A stretch of DNA of 64,000 bases from Bacteroidales bacterium (GTDB lineage Bacteria > Bacteroidota > Bacteroidia > Bacteroidales > UBA10428). Shown piece by piece: positions 10,421-19,379 of the stretch. Under the pieces are notes generated by a model that was not told where the DNA came from, searched no databases, and saw only the letters and a list, made by a program, of their open reading frames with translations. A program made the position numbers and the translations under genes. The stretch lies in assembly GCA_041737175.1 (NCBI GenBank), contig JBGSSF010000002.1, forward strand, positions 10,348 through 74,347, written 5' to 3'. Positions within the stretch are counted from its first letter, which is position 1. Every line of letters begins with the position of its first letter.

Positions 10421-11287
10421 ATGGCCGAGAAAACCGAAAAAGAGTCTTTCTGGGAGAAGTTCAAGCATAAATACAGGTTGTCGATTTACAGGGATGAGAC
10501 TTTTGAAGAAGTGCTCAATGTGCGGCTCACCAAGCTGAATGTGATGTCCATTGTGGGTATCGGAACTTTACTTTTCCTGGTCATCGTGATATCGATCATT
10601 GCCTATACTCCTGTCCGGGAACTTATACCGGGTTATCCCGACCAGGAGACCATCCGGAACATATACATGAACAATTACCGGCTCGATTCACTGGAACTGG
10701 AGATCACCAAGCGGGATGCCTACTTTGAGAATCTGCGGAGGATCATTGCCGGTGAGGGGCCTCTTGACCCGGCTGAGACCACTTCGGAACCTGAGCCGAC
10801 GAGGCAGGTGAACTTTGTGAGATCGAGGGAGGACTCTGCACTCAGGGCTTTGGTAGAGCCGCGGGATCAGTTCGGTTTGTCGGTCATTGAAAGCCGGAAG
10901 GGAAAGCCTGCTTTTTTCAGCGTGCTTTTCTTTCCACCGGTGAAAGGGATGATCACCAACTCGTTCAACAGCGGGATGGACCATTACGGCACCGATATCG
11001 TGGCCGGCACCAACGAGGTGGTGAAGGCAACGCTTCCCGGCACGGTGACCATGGCAGGCTGGACCCTGGAGACAGGTTATGTCATTCAACTGCAGCATGC
11101 CGACAACATCATTTCGGTATACAAGCACAACGCGGAGTTGCTGAAGCACATCGGTGACCATGTGAAAGCCGGCGAGCCCATTGCCATCATCGGGAACTCG
11201 GGAGAGCTCACCACCGGTCCCCACCTGCATTTTGAGCTCTGGTACAGCGGTACACCCGTTAATCCCGAAGACTACATCTCATTCTGA
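10421..11287 (+). CDS. M23 family metallopeptidase
   Basis: HYGTD, YKH, TGPHLHFE motifs; N-terminal TM helix. Confidence 0.92.
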   Translation: MAEKTEKESFWEKFKHKYRLSIYRDETFEEVLNVRLTKLNVMSIVGIGTLLFLVIVISIIAYTPVRELIPGYPDQETIRNIYMNNYRLDSLELEITKRDAYFENLRRIIAGEGPLDPAETTSEPEPTRQVNFVRSREDSALRALVEPRDQFGLSVIESRKGKPAFFSVLFFPPVKGMITNSFNSGMDHYGTDIVAGTNEVVKATLPGTVTMAGWTLETGYVIQLQHADNIISVYKHNAELLKHIGDHVKAGEPIAIIGNSGELTTGPHLHFELWYSGTPVNPEDYISF

Positions 11288-11310
11288 GAGCGTTCACCAC
11301 GCGGTCTGAT

Positions 11311-12471
11311 ATGAAACGACGCATAGCGATCCTCGGATCCACCGGATCAATCGGCACACAGGCGCTGGAAGTCATCCTGCAGCATGAGGATCTTTTTGAG
11401 GTGGTGGCGCTGACGGCTGGGCGCAATGCCGACCTGCTGATTGAACAGGCGCTGCGTTTTGTCCCCCCTTACGTTGTAATTGCCGATGAGGCGGGTTATC
11501 CCCTGGTTCGGGAAGCCCTGGCGAAGCTGCCCGTCAAGGTGCTTGCCGGAACAAAAGCTTTGGCGGAGGTAGCCTGCATTCCGGAGGCGGATATCGTACT
11601 GACCGCCATGGTGGGTTTCTCAGGCCTGCAGCCCACGCTTGCCGCCATCCAACACGGAAAACATATTGCCCTGGCCAACAAGGAGACCCTTGTGGTGGCA
11701 GGATCCCTGATCACCTCCCTGGCCCGGCAGACAGGATCGGACATTTACCCTGTGGATTCGGAGCATTCAGCCATATTCCAGTGCCTGGCAGGCGAAGATC
11801 CCGGCACCGTGGAAAAGCTTATCCTGACTGCCTCGGGCGGTCCATTCCGGGGAATGAAAAGAGAAGCCCTGCAAAAAGTGACCAGCCGGGAGGCCCTCAA
11901 ACACCCCAACTGGTGCATGGGGAACAAGGTAACCATTGATTCGGCATCATTGATGAACAAGGGACTGGAAGTGATTGAGGCGCGCTGGCTCTTTGGCATC
12001 GATCCCGGCAGGATTGAAGTGGTGATCCACCCCCAGAGTATCATCCATTCCATGGTGCAGTTCACCGACGGATCCATCAAGGCACAGCTGGGCCTTCCGG
12101 ATATGCGGCTCCCCATTCAGTATGCGCTGGGATATCCCAACCGCCTGCCATCGGATTTTCCGCGGTTCACCTTTTCGGGATGCCGGGAGTTCACCTTTGA
12201 GGAACCTGACCGGCATCTGTTCCGTAATCTCGACCTGGCTTACAAAGCCCTGCAAGCCGGGGGCAACATGCCGTGCATCATGAATGCCGCCAATGAGGTG
12301 GTTGTGGAGGAGTTCCTGAAGGACAGGATCGGGTTTCTGCAGATGCCGGATGTGATAGAGGAGGTGATGGGGAAGGTGGATTTTATTGCAGAACCGGACT
12401 TCGGGGATCTGGAGGAGACGGATGGGGAGGCGAGGAGGATGGCGAGGGGGGTTGGGAGAGGTAAAAGGTAA
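11311..12471 (+). CDS. dxr: 1-deoxy-D-xylulose-5-phosphate reductoisomerase
   Basis: LGSTGSIG, LANKE, PVDSEHSAIFQ, TASGGPF, NKGLEVIEA. Confidence 0.97.
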   Translation: MKRRIAILGSTGSIGTQALEVILQHEDLFEVVALTAGRNADLLIEQALRFVPPYVVIADEAGYPLVREALAKLPVKVLAGTKALAEVACIPEADIVLTAMVGFSGLQPTLAAIQHGKHIALANKETLVVAGSLITSLARQTGSDIYPVDSEHSAIFQCLAGEDPGTVEKLILTASGGPFRGMKREALQKVTSREALKHPNWCMGNKVTIDSASLMNKGLEVIEARWLFGIDPGRIEVVIHPQSIIHSMVQFTDGSIKAQLGLPDMRLPIQYALGYPNRLPSDFPRFTFSGCREFTFEEPDRHLFRNLDLAYKALQAGGNMPCIMNAANEVVVEEFLKDRIGFLQMPDVIEEVMGKVDFIAEPDFGDLEETDGEARRMARGVGRGKR

Positions 12472-12565
12472 ACAGTAAAAAGTAAAAGGTAAAAAGTAAA
12501 AGGTAAAAAGTAAACAGTAAAAAGTAAAAGGTAAAAAGTAAAAAGTAAAAGGTAAAAAGTAGAAT
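12461..12565. repeat. 7-mer GTAAA(A/C)(A/G) x14 array, upstream arm of cassette 2
   Basis: 14 in-phase units at 12461-12558; contains the dxr stop codon. Confidence 0.92.
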
Positions 12566-12595
12566 GTAGCAATAGTTATTTAAAAGTTAGATGCA

Positions 12596-12973
12596 ATGAG
12601 TTATGTTAGAAGTTATACCGAATTGGATGTGTATATAACATCAAGGAAATTATCTAAAGCCATATTCGAAATCAGTCAAAAATTTCCGGCTGAAGAAAAA
12701 TTCTCTTTGACAGATCAAATAAGACGCTCTTCCAGATATGTCGGAGCGCAGATCGCAGAAGCCTGGGGGAAACGTAAATATGAAAAGCATTTCATTTCAA
12801 AATTGTCAGATGCAGATGCAGAGCAATATGAAACCAGGCATTGGATTGAAATCGCTTCAGAATGTAATTATTTAAACGAAAATGAAAAGAATACATTACT
12901 GGATTTCTGTCTGGCAGTTGGCAAAATGCTCAAATCCATGATTGATAAAGCCCATTTATTTTGTCAGACATAA
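12596..12973 (+). CDS. Four helix bundle protein (TIGR02436 / 23S rRNA IVP family), copy 2
   Basis: By manual alignment, 13 of 125 aa differ from the protein at 6024-6401. Confidence 0.93.
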   Translation: MSYVRSYTELDVYITSRKLSKAIFEISQKFPAEEKFSLTDQIRRSSRYVGAQIAEAWGKRKYEKHFISKLSDADAEQYETRHWIEIASECNYLNENEKNTLLDFCLAVGKMLKSMIDKAHLFCQT

Positions 12974-12995
12974 TATTATAGTATTAGCCTACAAC

Positions 12996-13065
12996 TGTTT
13001 ACTTTTTACTTTTTACTGTTTACTGTTTACTGTTTACTGTTTACTGTTTACTGTTTACTGTTTAC
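12996..13065. repeat. 7-mer T(G/T)TTTAC x10 array, downstream arm of cassette 2
   Basis: 10 in-phase units; reverse complement of the upstream arm. Confidence 0.92.
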
Positions 13066-13098
13066 CTGATCCCGCAAATTTCCCAAAAAAATAAACTC

Positions 13099-13106
13099 TA
13101 TATTTG
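13099..13106 (+). promoter_or_regulatory. Putative -7 promoter element (TATATTTG) for rseP
   Basis: TAnnTTTG followed by CA, about 22 nt before the ATG. Confidence 0.55.
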
Positions 13107-13128
13107 CACCTAAATTAAAACAATCTAC

Positions 13129-14484
13129 ATGGGCGTTGTCATTCAGATCAGCCAGTTATTGCTGAGCTTATCCATCCTGATTATTCTGCACGAGCTGGGA
13201 CATTTTATTTTCGCACGGATTTTTCATACCCGGGTTGAGAAGTTCTACCTGTTTTTTGACCCCTGGTTCTCGCTTTTCAAAATCAAGCGCGGGGATACCG
13301 AGTACGGTATCGGCTGGCTGCCGCTTGGCGGGTATGTGAAGATTTCGGGCATGATCGATGAATCGATGGATAAGGAGCAGATGAAACAGCCCCCGCAACC
13401 CTGGGAATTCAGGTCGAAACCCACGGGACAGCGCCTGCTGATCATGTTGGGCGGCGTAATGGTGAACCTGATCCTGGGTTTTATCATTTATGCGGCCGTG
13501 CTTTACACCTGGGGTGAGAAATTCCTTCCCAACAGGAATCTTACCAACGGAATCTGGTGTGTTGACTCCATCGCCCTGGATGCCGGATTCAGAACAGGGG
13601 ACAAGATTATCTCGATCAACGGGGTTGAACCCCAGCGGTATGAAGATATTTACCGGGAGGTGATCTTTGGCGGAACCGTGAAGGTTATCCGCGACAACAA
13701 GACGGATTCCTTCACCATCCCCGGCGACTTTATCGGAAAACTGGTTGAGGAGAGCGGCGTAATGCTGTTTTATCCCAGGGTTCCCTTTATCATCCGGGAA
13801 GTTCCCGATACTTCCGTGAACAGCCAGGCCGGACTGAAGCCGAAGGATCAGGTGATGAGCGTCAACGGAGTGCCCATCCGGTTTTATGACGAGTACCTGG
13901 GTCTTGTGGATACACTCGAACCCGGACCCATCACCGCTGAAGTATTGCGGGACGGGAAAACGGTACCGCTTGCCCTGATGCTCACCCCGCAAAAGAAACT
14001 GGAAGTGCTGACCCTGATCCCCACTTTTGAGGAGCTTGACAGGCTGGGTTTATACAAAATGGAAACCCGCACCTTCAGCTTTGCGCAGGCCATACCGGCA
14101 GGATTCAGGCTGGCCGGTGACAGGCTGGGATTTTATATCAAGCAGTTCAAGCTGATCTTTGATTTTAAGACCGGCGCATATAAGGGACTTGGCGGATTCG
14201 GCACCATTGGCGGGCTGTTCCCGAGAGAATGGGAGTGGCAATCGTTTTGGGAAATAACGGCATTTTTGTCGCTCATCCTGGCTTTCATGAATGTGCTTCC
14301 CATTCCGGGACTCGATGGCGGGCATGTCACTTTCCTGCTTTACGAAATCGTAACCCGGCGGAAACCATCCGATAAATTCATGGAATACGCCCAGATCGTG
14401 GGGATGGTGATTATCATCGGACTGCTGATCTATGCGAACACGAATGATATCCTCCGGTGGATCGAGAGACTGGTGGGGAAATAG
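13129..14484 (+). CDS. rseP: RIP metalloprotease RseP
   Basis: HELGH, PLGGYV, PDZ regions, NVLPIPGLDGG. Confidence 0.96.
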   Translation: MGVVIQISQLLLSLSILIILHELGHFIFARIFHTRVEKFYLFFDPWFSLFKIKRGDTEYGIGWLPLGGYVKISGMIDESMDKEQMKQPPQPWEFRSKPTGQRLLIMLGGVMVNLILGFIIYAAVLYTWGEKFLPNRNLTNGIWCVDSIALDAGFRTGDKIISINGVEPQRYEDIYREVIFGGTVKVIRDNKTDSFTIPGDFIGKLVEESGVMLFYPRVPFIIREVPDTSVNSQAGLKPKDQVMSVNGVPIRFYDEYLGLVDTLEPGPITAEVLRDGKTVPLALMLTPQKKLEVLTLIPTFEELDRLGLYKMETRTFSFAQAIPAGFRLAGDRLGFYIKQFKLIFDFKTGAYKGLGGFGTIGGLFPREWEWQSFWEITAFLSLILAFMNVLPIPGLDGGHVTFLLYEIVTRRKPSDKFMEYAQIVGMVIIIGLLIYANTNDILRWIERLVGK

Positions 14485-14492
14485 GAAGAGGG

Positions 14493-14636
14493 GGAGACAA
14501 GGGGACAAGGGGACAAGGGGACAAGGAGACAAGGAGACAAGGGGACAAGGAGACAAGGAGACAAGGAGACAAGGAGACAAGGAGACAAGGGGACAAGGTG
14601 ACAAGGAGACAAGGGGACAAGGAGACAAGGAGATAA
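14493..14636. repeat. 8-mer GG(A/G)GACAA x18 one-armed array
   Basis: 18 in-phase units immediately after the rseP stop. Confidence 0.92.
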
Positions 14637-14711
14637 ATAGAAATACCAAGAAAACAGGCCGGAAATCAAAAAATATTCTAATTTTACCCGTTCAAATTTA
14701 AAACGTTTCCT

Positions 14712-14903
14712 ATGAACCTGAATATTGTATTATTTGCCTTAGGGCCGACGGAGATTATACTGGTCCTGGTTGTTGTTCTGCTGCTCTTTGGCGGAAGGAA
14801 GATCCCCGAACTCATGAGGGGACTGGGCCAGGGCATGAAGGAATTCAAGAAAGCCTCCAAGGCCGGTGATGAGGAAGACACGACAAAGGAGAAGGAAAAG
14901 TAA
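14712..14903 (+). CDS. tatA: Twin-arginine translocase TatA/TatE subunit
   Basis: [39 protein letters not shown]. Confidence 0.95.
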   Translation: MNLNIVLFALGPTEIILVLVVVLLLFGGRKIPELMRGLGQGMKEFKKASKAGDEEDTTKEKEK

Positions 14904-14929
14904 TTTCCAAAGCCTTAACCTGCCGAGCA

Positions 14930-15028
14930 ATGTCACTGGGACCAACCGAAATACTGCTCATTGTTGTTGTATTGCTGTTGCTTGTGGGCGGCAAGATGAT
15001 AGAATATGAGGCAAAACGCCGGGAATAA
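14930..15028 (+). CDS. 32-aa truncated TatA-like peptide (or pseudogene)
   Basis: Translates to MSLGPTEILLIVVVLLLLVGGKMIEYEAKRRE*, paralleling the TatA TM helix. Confidence 0.6.
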   Translation: MSLGPTEILLIVVVLLLLVGGKMIEYEAKRRE

Positions 15029-15049
15029 CATTTTGTAAAGGATATTCGT

Positions 15050-15080
15050 AAAACCTGTCAATGGTATGGCAGGTTTTTTT
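15050..15080 (+). terminator. Rho-independent terminator after the tatA genes
   Basis: AAAACCTGTCA-ATGGTA-TGGCAGGTTTTTTT. Confidence 0.75.
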
Positions 15081-15164
15081 CATTTATTCAGGCAGAGCCT
15101 GAAAAGATAGATCCGACTCAGGCCGGAGCCTGAGCCGAACCTTTTAATAAGTATATTTGTGGCG

Positions 15165-16286
15165 ATGATGCAATTTTTCCTGATCCTGTTTCTTTTTCTG
15201 ATACCCCTGTCGGGTTCCGGCGGTTCCGGGATGACCGACGACAAGGATATGCTGTACGAATACCGCATCGCGCAGCTGAACAAGTTATCCCCGATAGTCC
15301 TGGATTACAACGAAGATGTCAGGAAGTACATTGATTTGTACACGGGCCCCCGCAAGGCTGAAATGGCGAGGATCATCGGGCTTTCCAGGTTGTATTTCCC
15401 GATCTTTGATGACATACTCGACCGGCATTCTCTTCCGCATGAGCTGAAATACCTCACCATCGTTGAATCGGGACTGAATCCGCTGGCGGTGTCCAAATCG
15501 GGCGCCGTGGGATTGTGGCAGTTTCTGCTGAATACAAGCAGGCTGTTTGACCTGGAGGTCAATTCCTATGTGGATGAGCGGCGTGATCCTTATAAATCCA
15601 CCGAATCGGCCTGCCGGTACCTGCATTACCTGAACACCACCTTCAACGACTGGCAGCTGGTGCTTGCTTCCTACAACGGCGGACCCGGCGAAGTCAGAAA
15701 AGCCATTGAAAGGTGCAAGGGTGAGACCGGTTACTGGAAGCTGCGGCCCTACCTGTCGGAGCAGGCGAGAAATTACGTGCCTGCATTCATTGCAGCCTTT
15801 TACCTGATGAATTTCTACGAGCAGCACGGCATTGTTCCCGAAGCTCCTGCTTATGACTACCGGGGACTGGACACGCTGCACATCCGCTATGCCATTACCT
15901 TTGAACAGATCTCATCGTACATTGACCTGCCGGTGGACAAGATCAGGCTGCTGAATCCGGTTTACCGGCGGGATTACATTCCCGAAAAGCCTTCGGGGTC
16001 GGTGCTGGTTCTTCCGGCGGACAAAATACGCCTTTACCTGGAGCATGAGACCAGCATCCTGGGTTTCAGCCTGACGCCACCCGATTATAACCTGATGGTG
16101 CAGCAATCGGGGAATACCACGGGCAAGATCAAAATCGTCCATGTTGTTCAGCCGGGGGAGGTGACGCATAAGATCGCCATGAAGTACGACTGCACCCTGG
16201 AGAATATCAAGATCTGGAATAATATGGAGGGGTTTGAGGTGAAGGCGGGGCAGCAATTGGTTATTTGGATTGAGGAGAAGAAGTGA
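15165..16286 (+). CDS. Lytic transglycosylase (SLT + LysM, MltD-like)
   Basis: IVESGLNP.A.S..GA.GLWQF, DERRDP, SYNGG; C-terminal LysM. Start uncertain (15159-15168). Confidence 0.9.
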   Translation: MMQFFLILFLFLIPLSGSGGSGMTDDKDMLYEYRIAQLNKLSPIVLDYNEDVRKYIDLYTGPRKAEMARIIGLSRLYFPIFDDILDRHSLPHELKYLTIVESGLNPLAVSKSGAVGLWQFLLNTSRLFDLEVNSYVDERRDPYKSTESACRYLHYLNTTFNDWQLVLASYNGGPGEVRKAIERCKGETGYWKLRPYLSEQARNYVPAFIAAFYLMNFYEQHGIVPEAPAYDYRGLDTLHIRYAITFEQISSYIDLPVDKIRLLNPVYRRDYIPEKPSGSVLVLPADKIRLYLEHETSILGFSLTPPDYNLMVQQSGNTTGKIKIVHVVQPGEVTHKIAMKYDCTLENIKIWNNMEGFEVKAGQQLVIWIEEKK

Positions 16287-16297
16287 GTGGGGGACTT

Positions 16298-16456
16298 GGA
16301 GACAAGGGGACAAGGGGAAAAGGGGAAAAGGAGGCAAGGAGACAAGGAGGCAAGGAGACAAGGGGACAAGGAGGCAAGGGGACAAGGGGAAAAGGGGACA
16401 AGGAGACAAGGGGAAAAGGAGGCAAGGGGAAAAGGAGGCAAGGGACAAGGAGATTA
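16298..16456. repeat. 8-mer GG(A/G)G(A/G)(C/A)AA x18 array, upstream arm of cassette 3
   Basis: 18 in-phase units at 16298-16441 plus a 7-mer unit. Confidence 0.92.
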
Positions 16457-16529
16457 TGAAAACAATTATTTATATTTGAGCGTATTTTTTAGAACGTTAT
16501 TTATTTGTTATGTGTAATACTTATTATTT

Positions 16530-16907
16530 ATGGAAAATATTAAAACGCATAGGGACCTTAGGGTTTATAAATTGGCATTTGTAACAGCACAAAAAATTTA
16601 CCAACTCTCAAGGGAATTCCCTACAATTGAGAGATATTCATTAACTGACCAAATTCGAAGAAGTTCACGTTCTGTAGCTGCCAATATTGCTGAGGCTTAT
16701 CGTGCTCGTCGATATCCTGCAGCATTTATTTCTAAACTCAATCAATCTGAGGGCGAGGCAGCAGAGACTCAAGTTTGGCTTGAATTTGCAGAATCTTGCA
16801 ATTACATAGATATGAAACTATGGGACGACTTGTTTAATACTTATGAACAGATCATTGGCATGATCGTAAATATGGTAAATATGCCAGAAAAATGGAAAAT
16901 CGGATAA
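16530..16907 (+). CDS. Four helix bundle protein (TIGR02436 / 23S rRNA IVP family), copy 3, divergent subtype
   Basis: HRDLRVY...FP..ERYSLTDQIRRSSRSVAANIAEAY..RRY..F.SKL...EGEAAETQVWL; AT-rich. Confidence 0.93.
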   Translation: MENIKTHRDLRVYKLAFVTAQKIYQLSREFPTIERYSLTDQIRRSSRSVAANIAEAYRARRYPAAFISKLNQSEGEAAETQVWLEFAESCNYIDMKLWDDLFNTYEQIIGMIVNMVNMPEKWKIG

Positions 16908-16912
16908 ATTTT

Positions 16913-16971
16913 CTCCTTCTCCTTGTCTCCCCTCTCCCCCTCACCTTGTCTCCTTGTCTCCCCCTCTCCCC
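16913..16971. repeat. CCTTGTCT / CCCCTCTC array, downstream arm of cassette 3
   Basis: Reverse complement of the GGAGACAA-type unit; abuts the purF stop. Confidence 0.85.
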
Positions 16972-18863
16972 TAATACGCCCTAACATTCCTTCCCTCAAT
17001 AAAATTCAGGAAAGAACGATTAACAACTCTGTTCCCTCCCGGCGTGGGGTAGTTGCCGGTGAAATACCAGTCGCCCAAATGATTCGGAATGGCCACATGA
17101 AGATTTTCGATGGTCTGGTAAACGATCCTGATCTCAGCCCGGATGTCGGGGGTCTTCAGCATTTGCGCGATCTTATCGGAGATTTGCTCGGGGGTGAAGG
17201 GCCGGTATATTTCCTTCACGTGATTGATGACTTCTTCCTTCGGAAGATCCTCACTTGCTTTGGTTTTCCGGTACACTTCATTGATGATGTTTTCCCTGCC
17301 CGATTCTTTCAGCAGGGCGATGGCGGCTTTAAAGGCAATAAAATCTCCCAGCTTGGCCATATCGATGCCGTAGCAATCGGGGTACCTGATCTGCGGCGAT
17401 GAAGAGACGATCACGATGCGTTTGGGCTTCAGCCGGTCGAGTATTCTGATGATGCTGTACTTCAGCGTAGTGCCACGCACGATGGAATCATCAATGATCA
17501 CCAGGCTATCGGTGTTTTTCCGGATTGTGCCGTAGGTGATGTCGTAAACGTGTCCCACCAGGTCATCCCGGCGTTCGTCCTGGGTGATGAAAGTCCGCAG
17601 CTTGATGTCCTTGAGGGCAACCTTTTCAACGCGGGGTTTCAGGTAGATGATGCTGTCGATTTCCTCTTCGGTGATATTGCTGCCGAGGTTCAGTATCCTT
17701 TTTTTCTTTTGTTCCTTCATGACCTTCTCGACACCCTGGATCATTCCGTAGAAGGCCGATTCAGCCGTATTGGGGATGAAGGAGAACACCGTGTTCTCGA
17801 GATCACCGTCGACAGCATCGACAATTTTATCTGTGAGCAGTTCCCCGAGTTTTTTACGTTCGGCATAGATATCCTGATCGCTTCCGCGGGAGAAATAGAT
17901 GCGTTCGAAAGAGCAGCTGCGCTTATCGAATGGTCCGCGGATATTCTCGAGGTTCATGTTTCCGTTTTTCTTGATGATGAGAGCGGTTCCGGGATCAAGC
18001 TCCATGACGTCGGTGGTCTCTACATTCATGACAGTCTGGATGGCCGGCCTCTCCGAAGTGACCACGACTATCTCATCGTTCATGTAGTAAAATGCAGGCC
18101 TGATGCCCCACGGATCCCTGATCACAAATGCATCGCCGTGGCCGAGAAGACCGGCGATCACATAGCCTCCGTCCCATTTTTTGCTGCTTTCCCGAAGCAC
18201 ATTCCCCACATTGAGACTGTCGGCGATCAATTCCGATATTTCATTGTTATCGTGTCCCAGTTTTTTGAAATGATCGAAGTTCCGTTGGATTTCCCGGTCG
18301 AGGAAATGGCCGATATTCTCCAGCATGGTAACGGTGTCGGAGAAGTCACGCGGATCCTGACCGAGGTCGACCAGGACCTGGAAAAGCTCATCCACGTTGG
18401 TGAGGTTGAAATTCCCGGCCAGCAGAAGGTTTCGTGTTTTCCAGTTGTTCAGGCGCATGACCGGGTGCACTCTTTCGATATCATTGTTGCCGTATGTGCC
18501 ATAGCGGAGATGGCCCAGCAGCACTTCAGCCGCAAAGGGAAGATGCTCCTTGGCCCATAAGGGATCTGTGACCAGATCCGCATCAAATTTATCGAAGTGT
18601 TTGCGAAGGGCTTTAAAGACATCGTTGATGGCAGCCTGTTTGACGGATCGTTCACGGTGGACATACTGCATGCCCGGTCGGAGGCCCAGCTTGATGGAGG
18701 CAATCCCGGCGCCGTCCTGTCCCCGGTTATGCTGCTTTTCCATGAGGAGATACAGTTTGTTGATACCGTATTTCCAGGTTCCGTATGTCAGCTGATAATA
18801 TTCAAGGGGTTTCAGAAGCCTTACCAGGGCTATTCCGCATTCGTGATTAATTCCATCGGTCAT
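16971..18863 (-). CDS. purF: Amidophosphoribosyltransferase
   Basis: HECG N-terminus, QHNRGQDGAG, GHLRY, CSFERIYFSRG, DDSIVRGTT, YGIDM. Confidence 0.93.
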   Translation of the reverse strand: MTDGINHECGIALVRLLKPLEYYQLTYGTWKYGINKLYLLMEKQHNRGQDGAGIASIKLGLRPGMQYVHRERSVKQAAINDVFKALRKHFDKFDADLVTDPLWAKEHLPFAAEVLLGHLRYGTYGNNDIERVHPVMRLNNWKTRNLLLAGNFNLTNVDELFQVLVDLGQDPRDFSDTVTMLENIGHFLDREIQRNFDHFKKLGHDNNEISELIADSLNVGNVLRESSKKWDGGYVIAGLLGHGDAFVIRDPWGIRPAFYYMNDEIVVVTSERPAIQTVMNVETTDVMELDPGTALIIKKNGNMNLENIRGPFDKRSCSFERIYFSRGSDQDIYAERKKLGELLTDKIVDAVDGDLENTVFSFIPNTAESAFYGMIQGVEKVMKEQKKKRILNLGSNITEEEIDSIIYLKPRVEKVALKDIKLRTFITQDERRDDLVGHVYDITYGTIRKNTDSLVIIDDSIVRGTTLKYSIIRILDRLKPKRIVIVSSSPQIRYPDCYGIDMAKLGDFIAFKAAIALLKESGRENIINEVYRKTKASEDLPKEEVINHVKEIYRPFTPEQISDKIAQMLKTPDIRAEIRIVYQTIENLHVAIPNHLGDWYFTGNYPTPGGNRVVNRSFLNFIEGRNVRAY

Positions 18864-18881
18864 AAGTGGGCCTCTACGTGA

Positions 18882-19337
18882 TTATTCAGGGAAGGCTACA
18901 ATATCATCCCGGACAAAAGCGTCGGGATACACACCTTCTATCTGTTTAAGAAACTTCAATGCCTCGCTTTTTGTTCGAAAATCCCCGACATATACTTTAA
19001 AATAGGGGTATTCAAAACGCGAATAACTGTTCACATCCTCATACAACCTGATGAATCCGGCCCTTACCTGGTCCTGTTCCTTCCTGGCGTCCTGTCCTGA
19101 GCCCATGTAGATAAGTATCCGAAATCCCTTGATACCATTGATCTTCCGCTGCTGTGAGACGTGGAGGTTCACCAGGTTGCGGATATTGGCATCCTGGGTA
19201 ATGTGTACCGTTCCCTTACCGGGCCTTTTGGCTTCAAGCCTGTAAAAGATATCAACAGGGGGTTGCTGGGCCTGCAGGGAGGTGAAAAATGCGACAACGA
19301 ACAGCAGGACAGGTATAATGGAAGCTTTCTTCAGCAT
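18882..19337 (-). CDS. SPOR domain-containing protein
   Basis: Signal peptide; GFRILIY...PYFKVYVGDFRTK.EA...YPDAFV. Confidence 0.8.
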   Translation of the reverse strand: MLKKASIIPVLLFVVAFFTSLQAQQPPVDIFYRLEAKRPGKGTVHITQDANIRNLVNLHVSQQRKINGIKGFRILIYMGSGQDARKEQDQVRAGFIRLYEDVNSYSRFEYPYFKVYVGDFRTKSEALKFLKQIEGVYPDAFVRDDIVAFPE

Positions 19338-19379
19338 CGTTACGATTATGTGGCTTCAAAGGTATATAAAAAAAACAAA

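Noticed and set aside
14050-16517. LSPCLLV / RQGDKET repeat ORFs (and the LLFTFY ORFs near 6425 and 12240)
   Set aside because: Artefacts of stop-free 7/8-mer arrays; they overlap real genes.
6024-16907. Diversity-generating retroelement (Avd-like genes)
   Set aside because: No reverse transcriptase and no TR/VR pair were seen in the window.
6024-16907. 23S rRNA intervening sequences
   Set aside because: No rRNA sequence flanks the genes; the neighbours are protein-coding.
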